IMG/VR virus record: IMGVR_UViG_3300011868_000001
Coordinates: 64,001 to 128,000 of that record
Direction: 5' to 3' (one strand)
DNA: 64,000 bases
DNA from: a virus
Lineage: Duplodnaviria > Caudoviricetes
The notes beneath the pieces were generated by a model. It saw only the letters and a program-made list of their open reading frames with translations, ran no database searches and had not been told where the DNA came from. Made by a program: the position numbers and the translations under genes. The stretch's first letter is position 1. Every line of letters starts with the position of its first letter. Of the stretch, positions 19,164-28,937 are shown piece after piece.

Positions 19164-22079
19164 ATGTCAAGAACCGATCTTAATGCCATGATTGAGGCTG
19201 CCAAACTCAATCCCATGGCAGTACAACGCGCAGGCATCGACTACCTGGAAGCCGTGCATAATGGCGAGGTGGAGATTGTCGACCCGAGTAACGCATTTGT
19301 CTATCTCATGGAAATGGGTTCGACGATGTTTTCCAATCTGGCGCGCAAAGACGAACTGCTTAACCGGGTCCAGTACCCGGAACTGGCCATGACCCGCGAT
19401 GAGCTGTACCGTCACATGAGTGATGTCGATTACATCAACGTGTTCTCCAGTCCTTCGACGGCGCCGTTGCTGCTGATCTACAGCCTGAGCGAGATCATGG
19501 AAAAGGCCGTGGAAACCGGGCACGCAGGCATGCGTAAACTGGTCATTCCTCGTCACACCAAGATCATGGCAGGCGATGCGCCCTTTACCCTGCAATACCC
19601 CATTGAGATTCGGGTGCTGCCACATGGGGGCTTGCAGATCGTTTACGATAACTCCAAGCCGTCGCCCCTGCAGCGTCTGGAATCGAACAAAGTCGAGTGG
19701 TCGATCGTCAACTACAACGTGGGACATGAAGAATTCGTTCAGATCGAAACCCCTACGCAGCAGATCGAAATCAAGAGCTACACCGCGCCGATGTCAGCTG
19801 CGAAGGTCTTTAATAAGACCTACGGCTTCACCGATAAGTTCTACTTCTGCCGAGTCTACCAGAGCAATGCACAAGGCGGCTGGGACGAGATCAAGACCAC
19901 GCACAGTGACCAAGTCTTTGACCCGAGTACGCCAACGGCTGTGCTGAAGCTGCTTGAAGGGCAACTGAATGTCTCGATCCCTCAGGTCTACTATAGCACC
20001 GCACTGGTGACCCGTACCCTGAGGATCGATATCTACACCACCCGTGGTGTGTTCGAGCTGGCCTTGCAGGGTTACAGCCCCGACATGTTCAAGAGCACCT
20101 ACACCGACTATGACAACGATGACAACGGTAAATATACCGCACCTGTCTCGCGTCTGGTCACCGGGTACTTCATGGCCAGTGGTCCGGCCACCGGGGGCTC
20201 TAATGCGATCAGTTTCGAGAAGCTGAAGAAGCGGGTGATCAACAACGCATTGGGTAACATCGATGTCCCGATCACCAATGTGCAGATCGAGTCGCAGCTG
20301 GACTTGCTGACTGATGCAGGCTTTAGCTGTGTGCTTCACGTCGACAACGTAACCAATCGACTGTACGCTGCCTCACGGGAATTACCCACTCCTGAGATCA
20401 AGGAAATCTCCAGTGGCATTGGGGCAAACGTCATTACTTTGACCAAGACCATCGATCAACTGCTGGCCAGCGCCGATGTGATGAACAACGGTCAGCGTAT
20501 CACGGTACTGCCCAGCAACCTGTACCGTGATGAAGGCGGTTATCTGTCGATTGTCGACAAGGAAGCTCGTGCAGCCCTGATGGCCCTGCCCAGCGATGTA
20601 CTGGTCGAGCAGGTGAGCAATGGCAACTACTTCTACACGCCGTTCCATTACGTGTACGATGTCAGTGACGATGTCTTCTCGGTGAGGTCGTATTACTTCG
20701 GTTCCCCTGCACTGTCCAAGCGGTTCTTCGTGATGGACAATGGCACCATGGGCCTCGGGATTAATTCCAGTGGGCATGCATTCTCCCGGACTGAGACTGG
20801 CTGGGTCCTGCGGGTCATGACCAACAGCACGGAAAGCACCAAGGAACTGGACGACGATGGTCTGGTGGCACAGATCGCCTACATCCCACCGGGTGAGGTG
20901 ACCCGTACCTGCCTGAACGGCACCTTCGTGGGCCGTGACCCAAGCACTCGAGAGTGGATTTTCGAATTCCGCTTCGACTCCAGTTGGGATGTGGACAAGG
21001 CCAATCGAGTCTACCTTGACGGGTTTGAAACCGAAGGCATCTCGCCCCATCCGTATCCGGCCAACATGGACACGGTGTTTGATATCTTCTACGGGGTGCG
21101 GACCGATCTGGTTGAGGTAGGGGAGGAGACTCAGATCGATCAGGTCATGGGTAAGTTCCTCTTCGAAGATGCTGTAACCGGCCTGTACCACGAGCAAGTG
21201 ACGCTCACACTGGGTCATGTACTGGATGGTCTGTGGGCACGGGCACGTTCCTCGGTCGGTGAAGAGCAGTACCTGCGTTACGACGAAGATGTTCCAATGG
21301 TCTACACCACCAACATCCCGGCCCGTAATGGCGAAACCGGGGCTGTGATGATTGAGTACGACGCCAACAACAAACCCTCGATCGTGTACGAGCACCGTGC
21401 AGGCGATGTCGTCATGGAAGGTGACAATGTCGTTTACCTGCATCGTCGAGGAGATATCATCCTTCACAACGGTGAACCAGTGGTTGCTTCGCCACGGACC
21501 GTACTGCGTCAAGTCGAGCTGTGTCTGTTCGACGGTACGTACTACTTCGTGACCAACCAGACCGATTTGACCTATCGTGACAGCGTGCCGGATCAGATCG
21601 TTCAGTGGGTCAATGTCACACTCAAGCCCATTCGCAGTAAGCTTCTGGAGAAAACCAAACTCTGGTTCCATCCGAAGGCGACAGTGGGCCTGATCGATGC
21701 ATTGGTCGACGGTAGCATGCAGGTCACTCTACAAGCTGCTCAGCACCTGACGGTTGAATACTTCGTATCCAACAACGTCTATCGTGATGAAGCACTCAAG
21801 GAAGAGATTCGCAAAAGTACCCGTAAAGCGATCACCCAGGCTTTCAAGGAAACGCAAGTGACCCGCAACGGCCTGGAGACCTCGCTCAAGGAAATGATGG
21901 GTACTGATGTCATGGGTGTGACGGTCTCGAACCTGGGCGGTGAACGCAACTTCAGCGTGATCTCCATGAGCGATGAATCGTCGCGTCTGTGCATTGGCAA
22001 GAAGCTGGTGGCGCTGCCTAACGGCACCTTCGGGGTCGAAGACAGTATCACCATCGAGTTCGTCAAGCACTCGGTGTAA
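19164..22079 (+). CDS. virion structural protein, baseplate wedge-like (phiKZ gp87-like)
   Basis: About 971 aa; ATGGSNAISFEKLKKR resembles the baseplate-J/gp6 GG-D-ES motif; GGAG SD before ATG 19164. Confidence 0.7.
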   Translation: MSRTDLNAMIEAAKLNPMAVQRAGIDYLEAVHNGEVEIVDPSNAFVYLMEMGSTMFSNLARKDELLNRVQYPELAMTRDELYRHMSDVDYINVFSSPSTAPLLLIYSLSEIMEKAVETGHAGMRKLVIPRHTKIMAGDAPFTLQYPIEIRVLPHGGLQIVYDNSKPSPLQRLESNKVEWSIVNYNVGHEEFVQIETPTQQIEIKSYTAPMSAAKVFNKTYGFTDKFYFCRVYQSNAQGGWDEIKTTHSDQVFDPSTPTAVLKLLEGQLNVSIPQVYYSTALVTRTLRIDIYTTRGVFELALQGYSPDMFKSTYTDYDNDDNGKYTAPVSRLVTGYFMASGPATGGSNAISFEKLKKRVINNALGNIDVPITNVQIESQLDLLTDAGFSCVLHVDNVTNRLYAASRELPTPEIKEISSGIGANVITLTKTIDQLLASADVMNNGQRITVLPSNLYRDEGGYLSIVDKEARAALMALPSDVLVEQVSNGNYFYTPFHYVYDVSDDVFSVRSYYFGSPALSKRFFVMDNGTMGLGINSSGHAFSRTETGWVLRVMTNSTESTKELDDDGLVAQIAYIPPGEVTRTCLNGTFVGRDPSTREWIFEFRFDSSWDVDKANRVYLDGFETEGISPHPYPANMDTVFDIFYGVRTDLVEVGEETQIDQVMGKFLFEDAVTGLYHEQVTLTLGHVLDGLWARARSSVGEEQYLRYDEDVPMVYTTNIPARNGETGAVMIEYDANNKPSIVYEHRAGDVVMEGDNVVYLHRRGDIILHNGEPVVASPRTVLRQVELCLFDGTYYFVTNQTDLTYRDSVPDQIVQWVNVTLKPIRSKLLEKTKLWFHPKATVGLIDALVDGSMQVTLQAAQHLTVEYFVSNNVYRDEALKEEIRKSTRKAITQAFKETQVTRNGLETSLKEMMGTDVMGVTVSNLGGERNFSVISMSDESSRLCIGKKLVALPNGTFGVEDSITIEFVKHSV

Positions 22080-22088
22080 CGGCATAAG

Positions 22089-22108
22089 GGGAGGGCTTCG
22101 GCCCTCCC
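22089..22108 (+). terminator. cUUCGg hairpin between convergent genes
   Basis: GGGAGGGC-TTCG-GCCCTCCC. Confidence 0.75.
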
Positions 22109-22119
22109 TCTATGTTGCG

Positions 22120-23466
22120 TCACATACCGAACTGGTGGATGATGGCCGCAGTGCGCTTGGACGTCTTAACCACTATCTCAGCCAAGGTGTCAGCTGCTTC
22201 AGCCATAGCCAGTAAGGTTTGCAGGTTCTGCACCTTAGCTTGGAGTGACTCTATCGCATCGTGACTGGAACCGGGGGCTGACTGTAGCTTGGTCAATTCC
22301 CCATTGGCACGGTTCATTTCAGCGTTGATCAGCCCTACGGCCTTTGCCGAGTCGCGCTGGACATTCTCAATCCAGTTGAACCGGACCTTCTTCAGAGCAT
22401 CATTGGCATCTTTCAAAACGGTGTCAAAATCAACCTTATCCATGGCATCACTCGTCGATGCCAGCTTCTTGACAGCGGCCAAAGCATCGTTGACCGAGGT
22501 ACGTAGCATCCGATGATGTTTGACGACCGTCTCGATGCGGTGGTCATCAAACCCACTGATGTTAAGTTTGGTACCTACAGTGCCTTCAAAGAAGTACTTG
22601 ATAGGGCCTGACAGTGGCACGGCCTTGTCCGAGGATACGGCCTGACTGGTGATCACCCCCAGAAGATCATCAGCAAACGTCAGAAGCTGTTGATCGTAGC
22701 CATTGATTAACTTGACAACCAGGTCATTTAACGCCCCTTTGATTTTCTCCTCGCGGGCACTTAAGACCTTCTTGACGGTCTCGGCAGCTGGCACTTCAGG
22801 GTGTGCTTTGACTTCCGCAATGACCTGTTGGACGATCTGCGTCTGGGGTACGTCTTTAATTGGACGCGGCGCCGGAGCATTTTTCATCTCGTTTTCAAGC
22901 TGACGCAGCGCATCCAGACGACGCTGAGCTTCTCTGATCAGTTCTTCGTTGGCCACAGGCTTATATTCGGTCGTAACCTTCTTAACCGCCACCTGTACTT
23001 TCTTTGTTTCAACAGGCTTATTCTTGAATAGGCCCATCAGCGCTTTGACCTTGGAGCGAATCCATTCGATGGCTTTCTTGATCGCATCGATGATCCTACG
23101 ACCAATCGAGGAGAGCAGGTTTTCCATCGAGGCATCGTAGTTGACCTTGGACGGCATCAGGGTAAAACTTGAAAGCGGCATCAGCGCAAATGTATCTTCG
23201 AACCCTTCCATGGAAGTGGTCATCGACTGAATTGTCTGAGCATCGACACGGCTGATAGCGCCGGATTCTCTGAGTTCACCGAGCATGCCACGCAGACTTT
23301 CCATTGCAGGCGCCAAGGCGTCCTCAGGCAGTTCGCCGGATTCGACCTTATCGGTAGTATCCTCAATGCCGGTCAGGTCCTCGAGAAGGTCTTCAAGCGA
23401 AGTGTTCTCGATCTGTTCGATCATTTCTGGAGTGAGTTCATTCACGACTTCTTCGGGAAGGGACAT
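22120..23466 (-). CDS. processed internal head protein
   Basis: Acidic propeptide with AME/SME sites; ASME^NLLSSIGRRIIDAIKKAIEWI. Confidence 0.7.
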   Translation of the reverse strand: MSLPEEVVNELTPEMIEQIENTSLEDLLEDLTGIEDTTDKVESGELPEDALAPAMESLRGMLGELRESGAISRVDAQTIQSMTTSMEGFEDTFALMPLSSFTLMPSKVNYDASMENLLSSIGRRIIDAIKKAIEWIRSKVKALMGLFKNKPVETKKVQVAVKKVTTEYKPVANEELIREAQRRLDALRQLENEMKNAPAPRPIKDVPQTQIVQQVIAEVKAHPEVPAAETVKKVLSAREEKIKGALNDLVVKLINGYDQQLLTFADDLLGVITSQAVSSDKAVPLSGPIKYFFEGTVGTKLNISGFDDHRIETVVKHHRMLRTSVNDALAAVKKLASTSDAMDKVDFDTVLKDANDALKKVRFNWIENVQRDSAKAVGLINAEMNRANGELTKLQSAPGSSHDAIESLQAKVQNLQTLLAMAEAADTLAEIVVKTSKRTAAIIHQFGM

Positions 23467-23495
23467 ATCAGGTTCATCCTAGATAAACTGAATAC

Positions 23496-23523
23496 GATCA
23501 GTGGAGGGTATCCTCCACTGATC
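23496..23523. terminator. 12-bp stem-loop
   Basis: GATCAGTGGAGG/CCTCCACTGATC. Confidence 0.6.
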
Positions 23524-23539
23524 CAACGGTGTGGTTGCG

Positions 23540-23971
23540 TTAAACGACAAAGCGACGTACGAACTCAGCCACGTCGGAGCGCAGCAGGTTGCCATAGCCG
23601 CAGTTCAGGACTTCGGCATGAACCTGATCGACACTCTGCTCGAACGCCGGGCGTTTGAGTTGAGCGACGATGTCAGTGCAGCTCAGCTGACGGGGTTCGT
23701 GGCACAGTACGTAGCGGTTGCGGTAGACGTCGACCACCATGTTGTAGGTGACATTGACTGAGAACGGATACAGTTCATTCATCTCACCGATGACACGCTT
23801 GGCGGTCTCAGCATGGAACTGTTCGAAATGTGCGACCACCGAATCGACAGCCGCCGACGGCAGGGTGAAGGCGTAGCCCAGTTCGATGGCCAGAGCGGTT
23901 TCGAGGAAAGGCTTGCGCAGTTCAGGTTTTTCACAGCCTTCAAGGAGTTGGAGCAGGCGTTGCAGTTTCAT
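23540..23971 (-). CDS. virion protein, hypothetical (143 aa)
   Basis: Start re-called at MKLQRLL just after the upstream stop. Confidence 0.65.
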   Translation of the reverse strand: MKLQRLLQLLEGCEKPELRKPFLETALAIELGYAFTLPSAAVDSVVAHFEQFHAETAKRVIGEMNELYPFSVNVTYNMVVDVYRNRYVLCHEPRQLSCTDIVAQLKRPAFEQSVDQVHAEVLNCGYGNLLRSDVAEFVRRFVV

Positions 23972-23975
23972 GAGG

Positions 23976-25301
23976 TTACACCGTTTGCAGTTTGTTGGAG
24001 AGTTCGAAGAGACGGTTGTTGACCAGCTCTTCCAGTTGACGTTGCAGTTTCTGTTCGGCTGGACGACCATTGAAGATGCCAGTGAACCAAGCCGAGAAGA
24101 CAGCTGGGCCGAAGTAATGCTTGTGGGTCAGGTTATCGACGATTTCATCGATTGCCTGAATCTGCTCGATCAGACCGCGACGCTGTTGAACAGTCAGATT
24201 CTGATCTTTGGAGGAGGCAATCACTTCGCGGCGCATGGCCTTATAACGGTGTTCAATTGGGTCGTAGACGCCGTCATCGATGCCGCTGAACAGGACCATG
24301 ACAACGCTGAAGAAACCACCGATAATCAAGGCCGGGATGAGGGCGCCAGCGCCGAAAGCGACAACCATATTCCCTGCCAAGAACAGACCGGAACCCAGAT
24401 GCGACAGCCAATGCCCCATCGACGCGATGTAGTTGGCAGTACGACCTCGGTATTCGGCAAGGTACGCAGGATACGCTTTGTACATGAGATCCAGTGCTTG
24501 GACGATCAGGTGTGCGCCGCCATGACGGGCCACAAATTGGTCAGAGCTGAATTCGAAAGCGCGGCGGTCATAGAACTTGGTGCCCAATTCAGAACGAATG
24601 CTCTCGACAACCGAGGCCAGTACAATCTGCTGGATCACCAGTGGGTCACTGCTACGGTTGATTTCGCCGAGGTCACGAATACGCCAGCCAGTCTTCTGCT
24701 CGGCGACCCTGACAACTTCTTGAACCACTTTGTCATCTTCGCCTTCGTGTTGACGCCGCAGGATTTCAGAAACGACGACGTTACCCAACGCCATCTTGCC
24801 AAGGTAGCGCAGGTAGGTAAAGGCGTGACCCATTTCATGGGTCAGGATGGCCGCAATATGCTCGCCTTTAATGGCGTCTCTGAGGGACGGCCAAGTAAAG
24901 AACTCAATAGCGCAGAAGATATCCACCGGAATATCACTGTAAGCGCCACTGACCTTACCGGTCTTGATGTTGACCTCGCCTTTGAAAAGTTCTTGCTCTG
25001 ATACAGGGCGTTTCAGGCGAGTAACCCGTTCAACGATTTCATCAGAACGCATTGGGTTGGCGGCATTCGCCTGAGGTGGGATCACGAAGGCGTTCGGACC
25101 ACCTTGCTTGACGAAATGGAAGTTGAAGGTCATGCCGGTGTGCTTCTTGGCAATCTTCTTCATAGCGGCACTGACGGCATTGAACGTTGCATTAGATGGA
25201 TCGCTCAATGCAGAGTCCAGCTGAAGGGCCAGTTCAGCAATCAGTTTGGAATCTCGCTGGAAGTCAATCGCTTCCATCGAGGCAATTAGTGCTTTGTTCA
25301 T
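23976..25301 (-). CDS. virion protein with zincin (HExxH) metallopeptidase motif
   Basis: PNAFV, AILTHEMGH, EFSSDQFVARHG (M48-like), hydrophobic segment; N-terminal ASME site. Confidence 0.75.
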   Translation of the reverse strand: MNKALIASMEAIDFQRDSKLIAELALQLDSALSDPSNATFNAVSAAMKKIAKKHTGMTFNFHFVKQGGPNAFVIPPQANAANPMRSDEIVERVTRLKRPVSEQELFKGEVNIKTGKVSGAYSDIPVDIFCAIEFFTWPSLRDAIKGEHIAAILTHEMGHAFTYLRYLGKMALGNVVVSEILRRQHEGEDDKVVQEVVRVAEQKTGWRIRDLGEINRSSDPLVIQQIVLASVVESIRSELGTKFYDRRAFEFSSDQFVARHGGAHLIVQALDLMYKAYPAYLAEYRGRTANYIASMGHWLSHLGSGLFLAGNMVVAFGAGALIPALIIGGFFSVVMVLFSGIDDGVYDPIEHRYKAMRREVIASSKDQNLTVQQRRGLIEQIQAIDEIVDNLTHKHYFGPAVFSAWFTGIFNGRPAEQKLQRQLEELVNNRLFELSNKLQTV

Positions 25302-25429
25302 AGGTGGTCTCGTAAAAGTCAGGTTGGCATGAAGAACCCATCATAGAGATTGGCGTAAATTGTTACTACCTGTATATATCCATTTGAAAGAGGGCAGCGC
25401 CCTCGCCCACTTGATACAGGACACTTCTC

Positions 25430-27193
25430 ATGTCAGTTGTAAAGAAAGTCCCGCTCTTTGACAAGGATGAGGTGCTTGGCCTTGAGTGCAAGCACGCGGT
25501 TTACACCGAGAGTTCCCTGAATCCTGATGATGATCTGTTGACCGTCAAAGAACTGGTTCACCTTAAAGACGGGCGCAAGATTCCCCGGCTGCGCTTTTAC
25601 AAGAACCGCCCGCGGCCCTTTGGCATCACCAAAGAGAAATACCGCAATCACAAAGACAAAAAAGAAGTCGAAGACATCGACAAGCTGGTTGTGGTAGAAA
25701 CCACGCAGCGTGCGTTAAACCGCAATATCGTCAAGCGCCTGGGGTATGGTAACCCTAATACCCAATTGCGCATGCTGTGCCGCAGCCCGTTCATCTACGG
25801 GGCCGATATCACCCCAGCCACACTGATCAAGCAGCAATACCGTGAAAAGTGGCCGGGATTGTTCTATTCCAACCAGGTGGCTGTGCTCGATACCGAAACC
25901 GACATGTGGAACGGCGACGGTAAGGATGTGATCATCTCCACAGTGACGTTCAAGAAGAAAGCCATCATCACCATTCTTGACACGTGGATCAAAGGCATTC
26001 CCGATCCGATCAACACCATCCTTAAAGCACTGGATGAACACCTGGGACACATCACCAAACCCCGTGGCATTGAGTTTGAGATTCAGATTCAAAAGTCCGG
26101 TGGGGAAATGATCAAGACCTGTATCGATCGCTGTCATGAATGGATGCCTGACTTTGTCAGCTTCTGGAACATGGACTTCGATATGACCGTCATGATCCGG
26201 GAACTGGAGCGTTCTGGGTACAACCTGGCGGATGTGTTCAGTGCTCCAGAAGTGCCACCAGAGTTTCGTTATTTCCGCTACAAGCGCGGTCCTGATCAGA
26301 AGGTCAAAGCGGACGGTAAGTCCGAGAACCTTGCCTGGTACGACCGTTGGCACGTGGTGGAGACTCCCTCCAGTCACTTCTGGATCGACTCGGCGGCTGT
26401 CTACCGGAACATCCGTCGGGCCAAGGGTAAAGAACCTAGCTATGCACTGGACAGCATCCTGAAGAAGCAGTTGGGTGAGGACTGGGGCAAGTTGTATTTC
26501 CCCATGGGTGATTCCAAGGCCTCGCCTGGCAGTGTCGAATGGCACCGGCAGATGCAGAAGGACTACAAAGTCAACTACGTGGTCTATAACGTCTACGACT
26601 GCTTGGGTGTTGAGTTGCTGGATGAGAAGGTCACTGACCTGAACACCCAGATCGGGATTCTGTCGGAGAGTTCGGAATACACTATCTTCAACTCCAACCC
26701 TAAGCGCAATATCAATGCCTTCTACTTTGACATGCTCAAAGACGGCAAGATGGCTGGGACCTTGTCGGATCAGATGGAGGATGAGCTCGACAAGCTCTTG
26801 CTGGGCAAGGATGACTGGATCGTGACGTTGCCGACGAGTCTGGTGGAAGCCAATGGCGTGTACATGATCCAAGACCTGCCTTCGGTCAGAAGCTTTGTTC
26901 GTCGCTACACCTCGGACGCGGACATCGGTTCAACCTACCCGAACGGCGAGATCATCCTGAACCTGTCGAAGATGACCACGATGTATGAAGTTGGTCGAAT
27001 TGCCGGGATCACGGCCAGCAAGCAGCGGTTGGTGGGCATTAACCTGACGGGTGGGCCGGTTAACTCGATTGAGATTCTCACTGACGTGATGAAAGCCCCT
27101 GACCCCTTCCAGCTCTTGGAAGCGTTCGAGGCTGAACTGGCTCAGGAAGAGACTCCGGCGCAAAAGACTCTCAGGCTAAGCTCGGTAGTCTGA
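25430..27193 (+). CDS. split family-B DNA polymerase, N-terminal 3'-5' exonuclease-containing subunit (phiKZ gp82-like)
   Basis: ExoI VLDTETD, ExoII FWNMDFD, ExoIII YNVYDC, PolB region II DIGSTYP; no YGDTDS motif. Confidence 0.8.
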   Translation: MSVVKKVPLFDKDEVLGLECKHAVYTESSLNPDDDLLTVKELVHLKDGRKIPRLRFYKNRPRPFGITKEKYRNHKDKKEVEDIDKLVVVETTQRALNRNIVKRLGYGNPNTQLRMLCRSPFIYGADITPATLIKQQYREKWPGLFYSNQVAVLDTETDMWNGDGKDVIISTVTFKKKAIITILDTWIKGIPDPINTILKALDEHLGHITKPRGIEFEIQIQKSGGEMIKTCIDRCHEWMPDFVSFWNMDFDMTVMIRELERSGYNLADVFSAPEVPPEFRYFRYKRGPDQKVKADGKSENLAWYDRWHVVETPSSHFWIDSAAVYRNIRRAKGKEPSYALDSILKKQLGEDWGKLYFPMGDSKASPGSVEWHRQMQKDYKVNYVVYNVYDCLGVELLDEKVTDLNTQIGILSESSEYTIFNSNPKRNINAFYFDMLKDGKMAGTLSDQMEDELDKLLLGKDDWIVTLPTSLVEANGVYMIQDLPSVRSFVRRYTSDADIGSTYPNGEIILNLSKMTTMYEVGRIAGITASKQRLVGINLTGGPVNSIEILTDVMKAPDPFQLLEAFEAELAQEETPAQKTLRLSSVV

Positions 27194-27220
27194 CCAAAGA
27201 AAAAAGAAAGAAGCACAGGA

Positions 27221-27255
27221 GACTGGTACTAGGCCATTACAGCCTAGTACCAGTC
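27221..27255. terminator. 14-bp hairpin between convergent genes
   Basis: GACTGGTACTAGGC/GCCTAGTACCAGTC. Confidence 0.7.
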
Positions 27256-27273
27256 CCTATGTCGTTTCTTCGG

Positions 27274-27522
27274 TTACATCAGAGAGCGAATTACATCCAT
27301 TAGCCAGTAGGCGTGTTCCGTAATTGTATCCCATCGTTTAAATACCTTGTAGCCCAGAGACAGGAGTTGCCATTTGTAACGGTCAACCCATTGCACGGTA
27401 CGGTGTAACACAGGTGTTTTCTGTGTCTTTCTTACCTCTTCGGTTGCAAGTACATTGGTTGTGGTGTAAGTTGCGTTTACTGTAACGGTCACCTTTATTA
27501 TCAAGACTTTATTATTTTTCAT
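27274..27522 (-). CDS. small AT-rich hypothetical protein (82 aa)
   Basis: AAGGA SD; composition differs from flanks. Confidence 0.55.
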   Translation of the reverse strand: MKNNKVLIIKVTVTVNATYTTTNVLATEEVRKTQKTPVLHRTVQWVDRYKWQLLSLGYKVFKRWDTITEHAYWLMDVIRSLM

Positions 27523-27641
27523 ACGTAGTTCCTTATTTAAGCCCAGGTCAATCGAGACCCAGAGCAGTTAGTGTGTCGCCCAACCAGTTACACCTACGCG
27601 ATCCCTTATCGGCAGGCAGGAGGGTTGCTCTCCTAATGCTT

Positions 27642-27682
27642 AAGGTATCACGTCTTGATGGGTTTGTCAAGACGTGATACCT
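27642..27682 (-). promoter_or_regulatory. sigma70-type promoter (TTGACA-N17-TACCTT, extended TG) inside a perfect 16-bp inverted repeat
   Basis: -35 at 27670-27665, -10 at 27647-27642; arms 27643-27658 and 27667-27682. Confidence 0.55.
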
Positions 27683-27696
27683 AGTTAGTTACATTG

Positions 27697-28413
27697 TCAG
27701 ATCAGTCGATGGGATTCGATGTCCTCGGCTTTCAGGTCGATGTAAAACTCCTCGACGCTGTAAGGACCGTCTATCAGCTTGCCCTCGCTGAATCGAGCCA
27801 AGATGCGACACATACCACAGATACGGACAGCATGGCCCTCAGAGAGCTTCGCAGCCACCTTCATGACATCCTCCTGACGCTCGGCGTAGAAGTACGGCTG
27901 CATGTGGGTTTCCAACTCAATGGTCAGTTGACAATAATGGTTCTCATACGGCAGGTATTCAAACGCCTTGTTGTTGAACAGGTAGTGTTTGAAGTAGCTG
28001 TACTCACCCACGATGGCTACATCGTCGATGACGACTTTGACCAGCCGGCCGTAATTGATGCCATTTTTAATAACGGGTGTCATTTGTGGTTCTCCCATGA
28101 TCTCGGTTGGAAGGACCTCACAGGGAAGTCCGTTGATGTAGCTGATGCAGTTCACGTCCAGCCCTGACAACACGGTGGTACCATCGACTTTAAGGCAATG
28201 GTCAGCGTGCTGTTCTGCTTCAGCAACCGTATCGTCGTACAGCTCGAGCAGACGCGCGCACAACGACTCATCGACACGAATGACCATCTGCGTCTCTGCA
28301 TTGGGCATGCCACGCGCAACATTGACACTTTGACATGTCAGGGCGTAGTTCGCCCCTTCAGGCAAGGTGACTGCAAATGCAGCTAAGCGGCGTTTGAGTT
28401 CAGTTACATCCAT
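27697..28413 (-). CDS. hypothetical protein (238 aa)
   Basis: AAGGAG SD. Confidence 0.75.
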   Translation of the reverse strand: MDVTELKRRLAAFAVTLPEGANYALTCQSVNVARGMPNAETQMVIRVDESLCARLLELYDDTVAEAEQHADHCLKVDGTTVLSGLDVNCISYINGLPCEVLPTEIMGEPQMTPVIKNGINYGRLVKVVIDDVAIVGEYSYFKHYLFNNKAFEYLPYENHYCQLTIELETHMQPYFYAERQEDVMKVAAKLSEGHAVRICGMCRILARFSEGKLIDGPYSVEEFYIDLKAEDIESHRLI

Positions 28414-28430
28414 GCTGGTATCTCCTTGAG

Positions 28431-28838
28431 TTAATCTTCGTCAACAGGCCATTCATCATCATCGATTGGGTCATCCTCGATCTCGTCATCATCGGGAAGC
28501 TCATCGAGTTCTTCGGCATAGCGTGCACGCTGATGTTCAACACAGGCTTCACAGAGTTCGTAGACCGGGCCATTGTTCCCTTCTTCGAAATCACGGTAAG
28601 GCTTGAGGTTGGAGGAGTGAGTTCCGCAACTATCACAATTACCTTCAATCGTTGCATTGCGGATTTCATCGGTACGGATGGTCAGATGTTCAGCGCAGTA
28701 GTATTCCCACTCGACGCCCATCGAATCCACTTCACCGGCGATCTTGCCAACTGCGTGCTCATTACAGTCTTCGTACTCGCAGTTAAATGCTCGTTCCTCA
28801 CTAACCAGTGACCGACGGGCACCAGGTAGAATAGACAT
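28431..28838 (-). CDS. Cys-rich putative Zn-binding protein with acidic tail
   Basis: CEYEDC, YCAEH, CDSC, CEAC; D/E-rich C-terminus; AAGGAG SD. Confidence 0.75.
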   Translation of the reverse strand: MSILPGARRSLVSEERAFNCEYEDCNEHAVGKIAGEVDSMGVEWEYYCAEHLTIRTDEIRNATIEGNCDSCGTHSSNLKPYRDFEEGNNGPVYELCEACVEHQRARYAEELDELPDDDEIEDDPIDDDEWPVDED

Positions 28839-28873
28839 GGTAATCTCCTTTAGATTATGGGTTATCCACGACT

Positions 28874-28881
28874 ATCATGTA
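28874..28881 (-). promoter_or_regulatory. putative early promoter (TACATGAT variant)
   Basis: CGATACATGAT about 36 nt before the start. Confidence 0.5.
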
Positions 28882-28904
28882 TCGTTACAATTAATTCGAA
28901 TCGG

Positions 28905-28937
28905 ACATAGAGCCAGGGCATTGCCCTGGCTCTATGT
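28905..28937. terminator. long perfect hairpin
   Basis: ACATAGAGCCAGGGCA/TGCCCTGGCTCTATGT. Confidence 0.65.
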
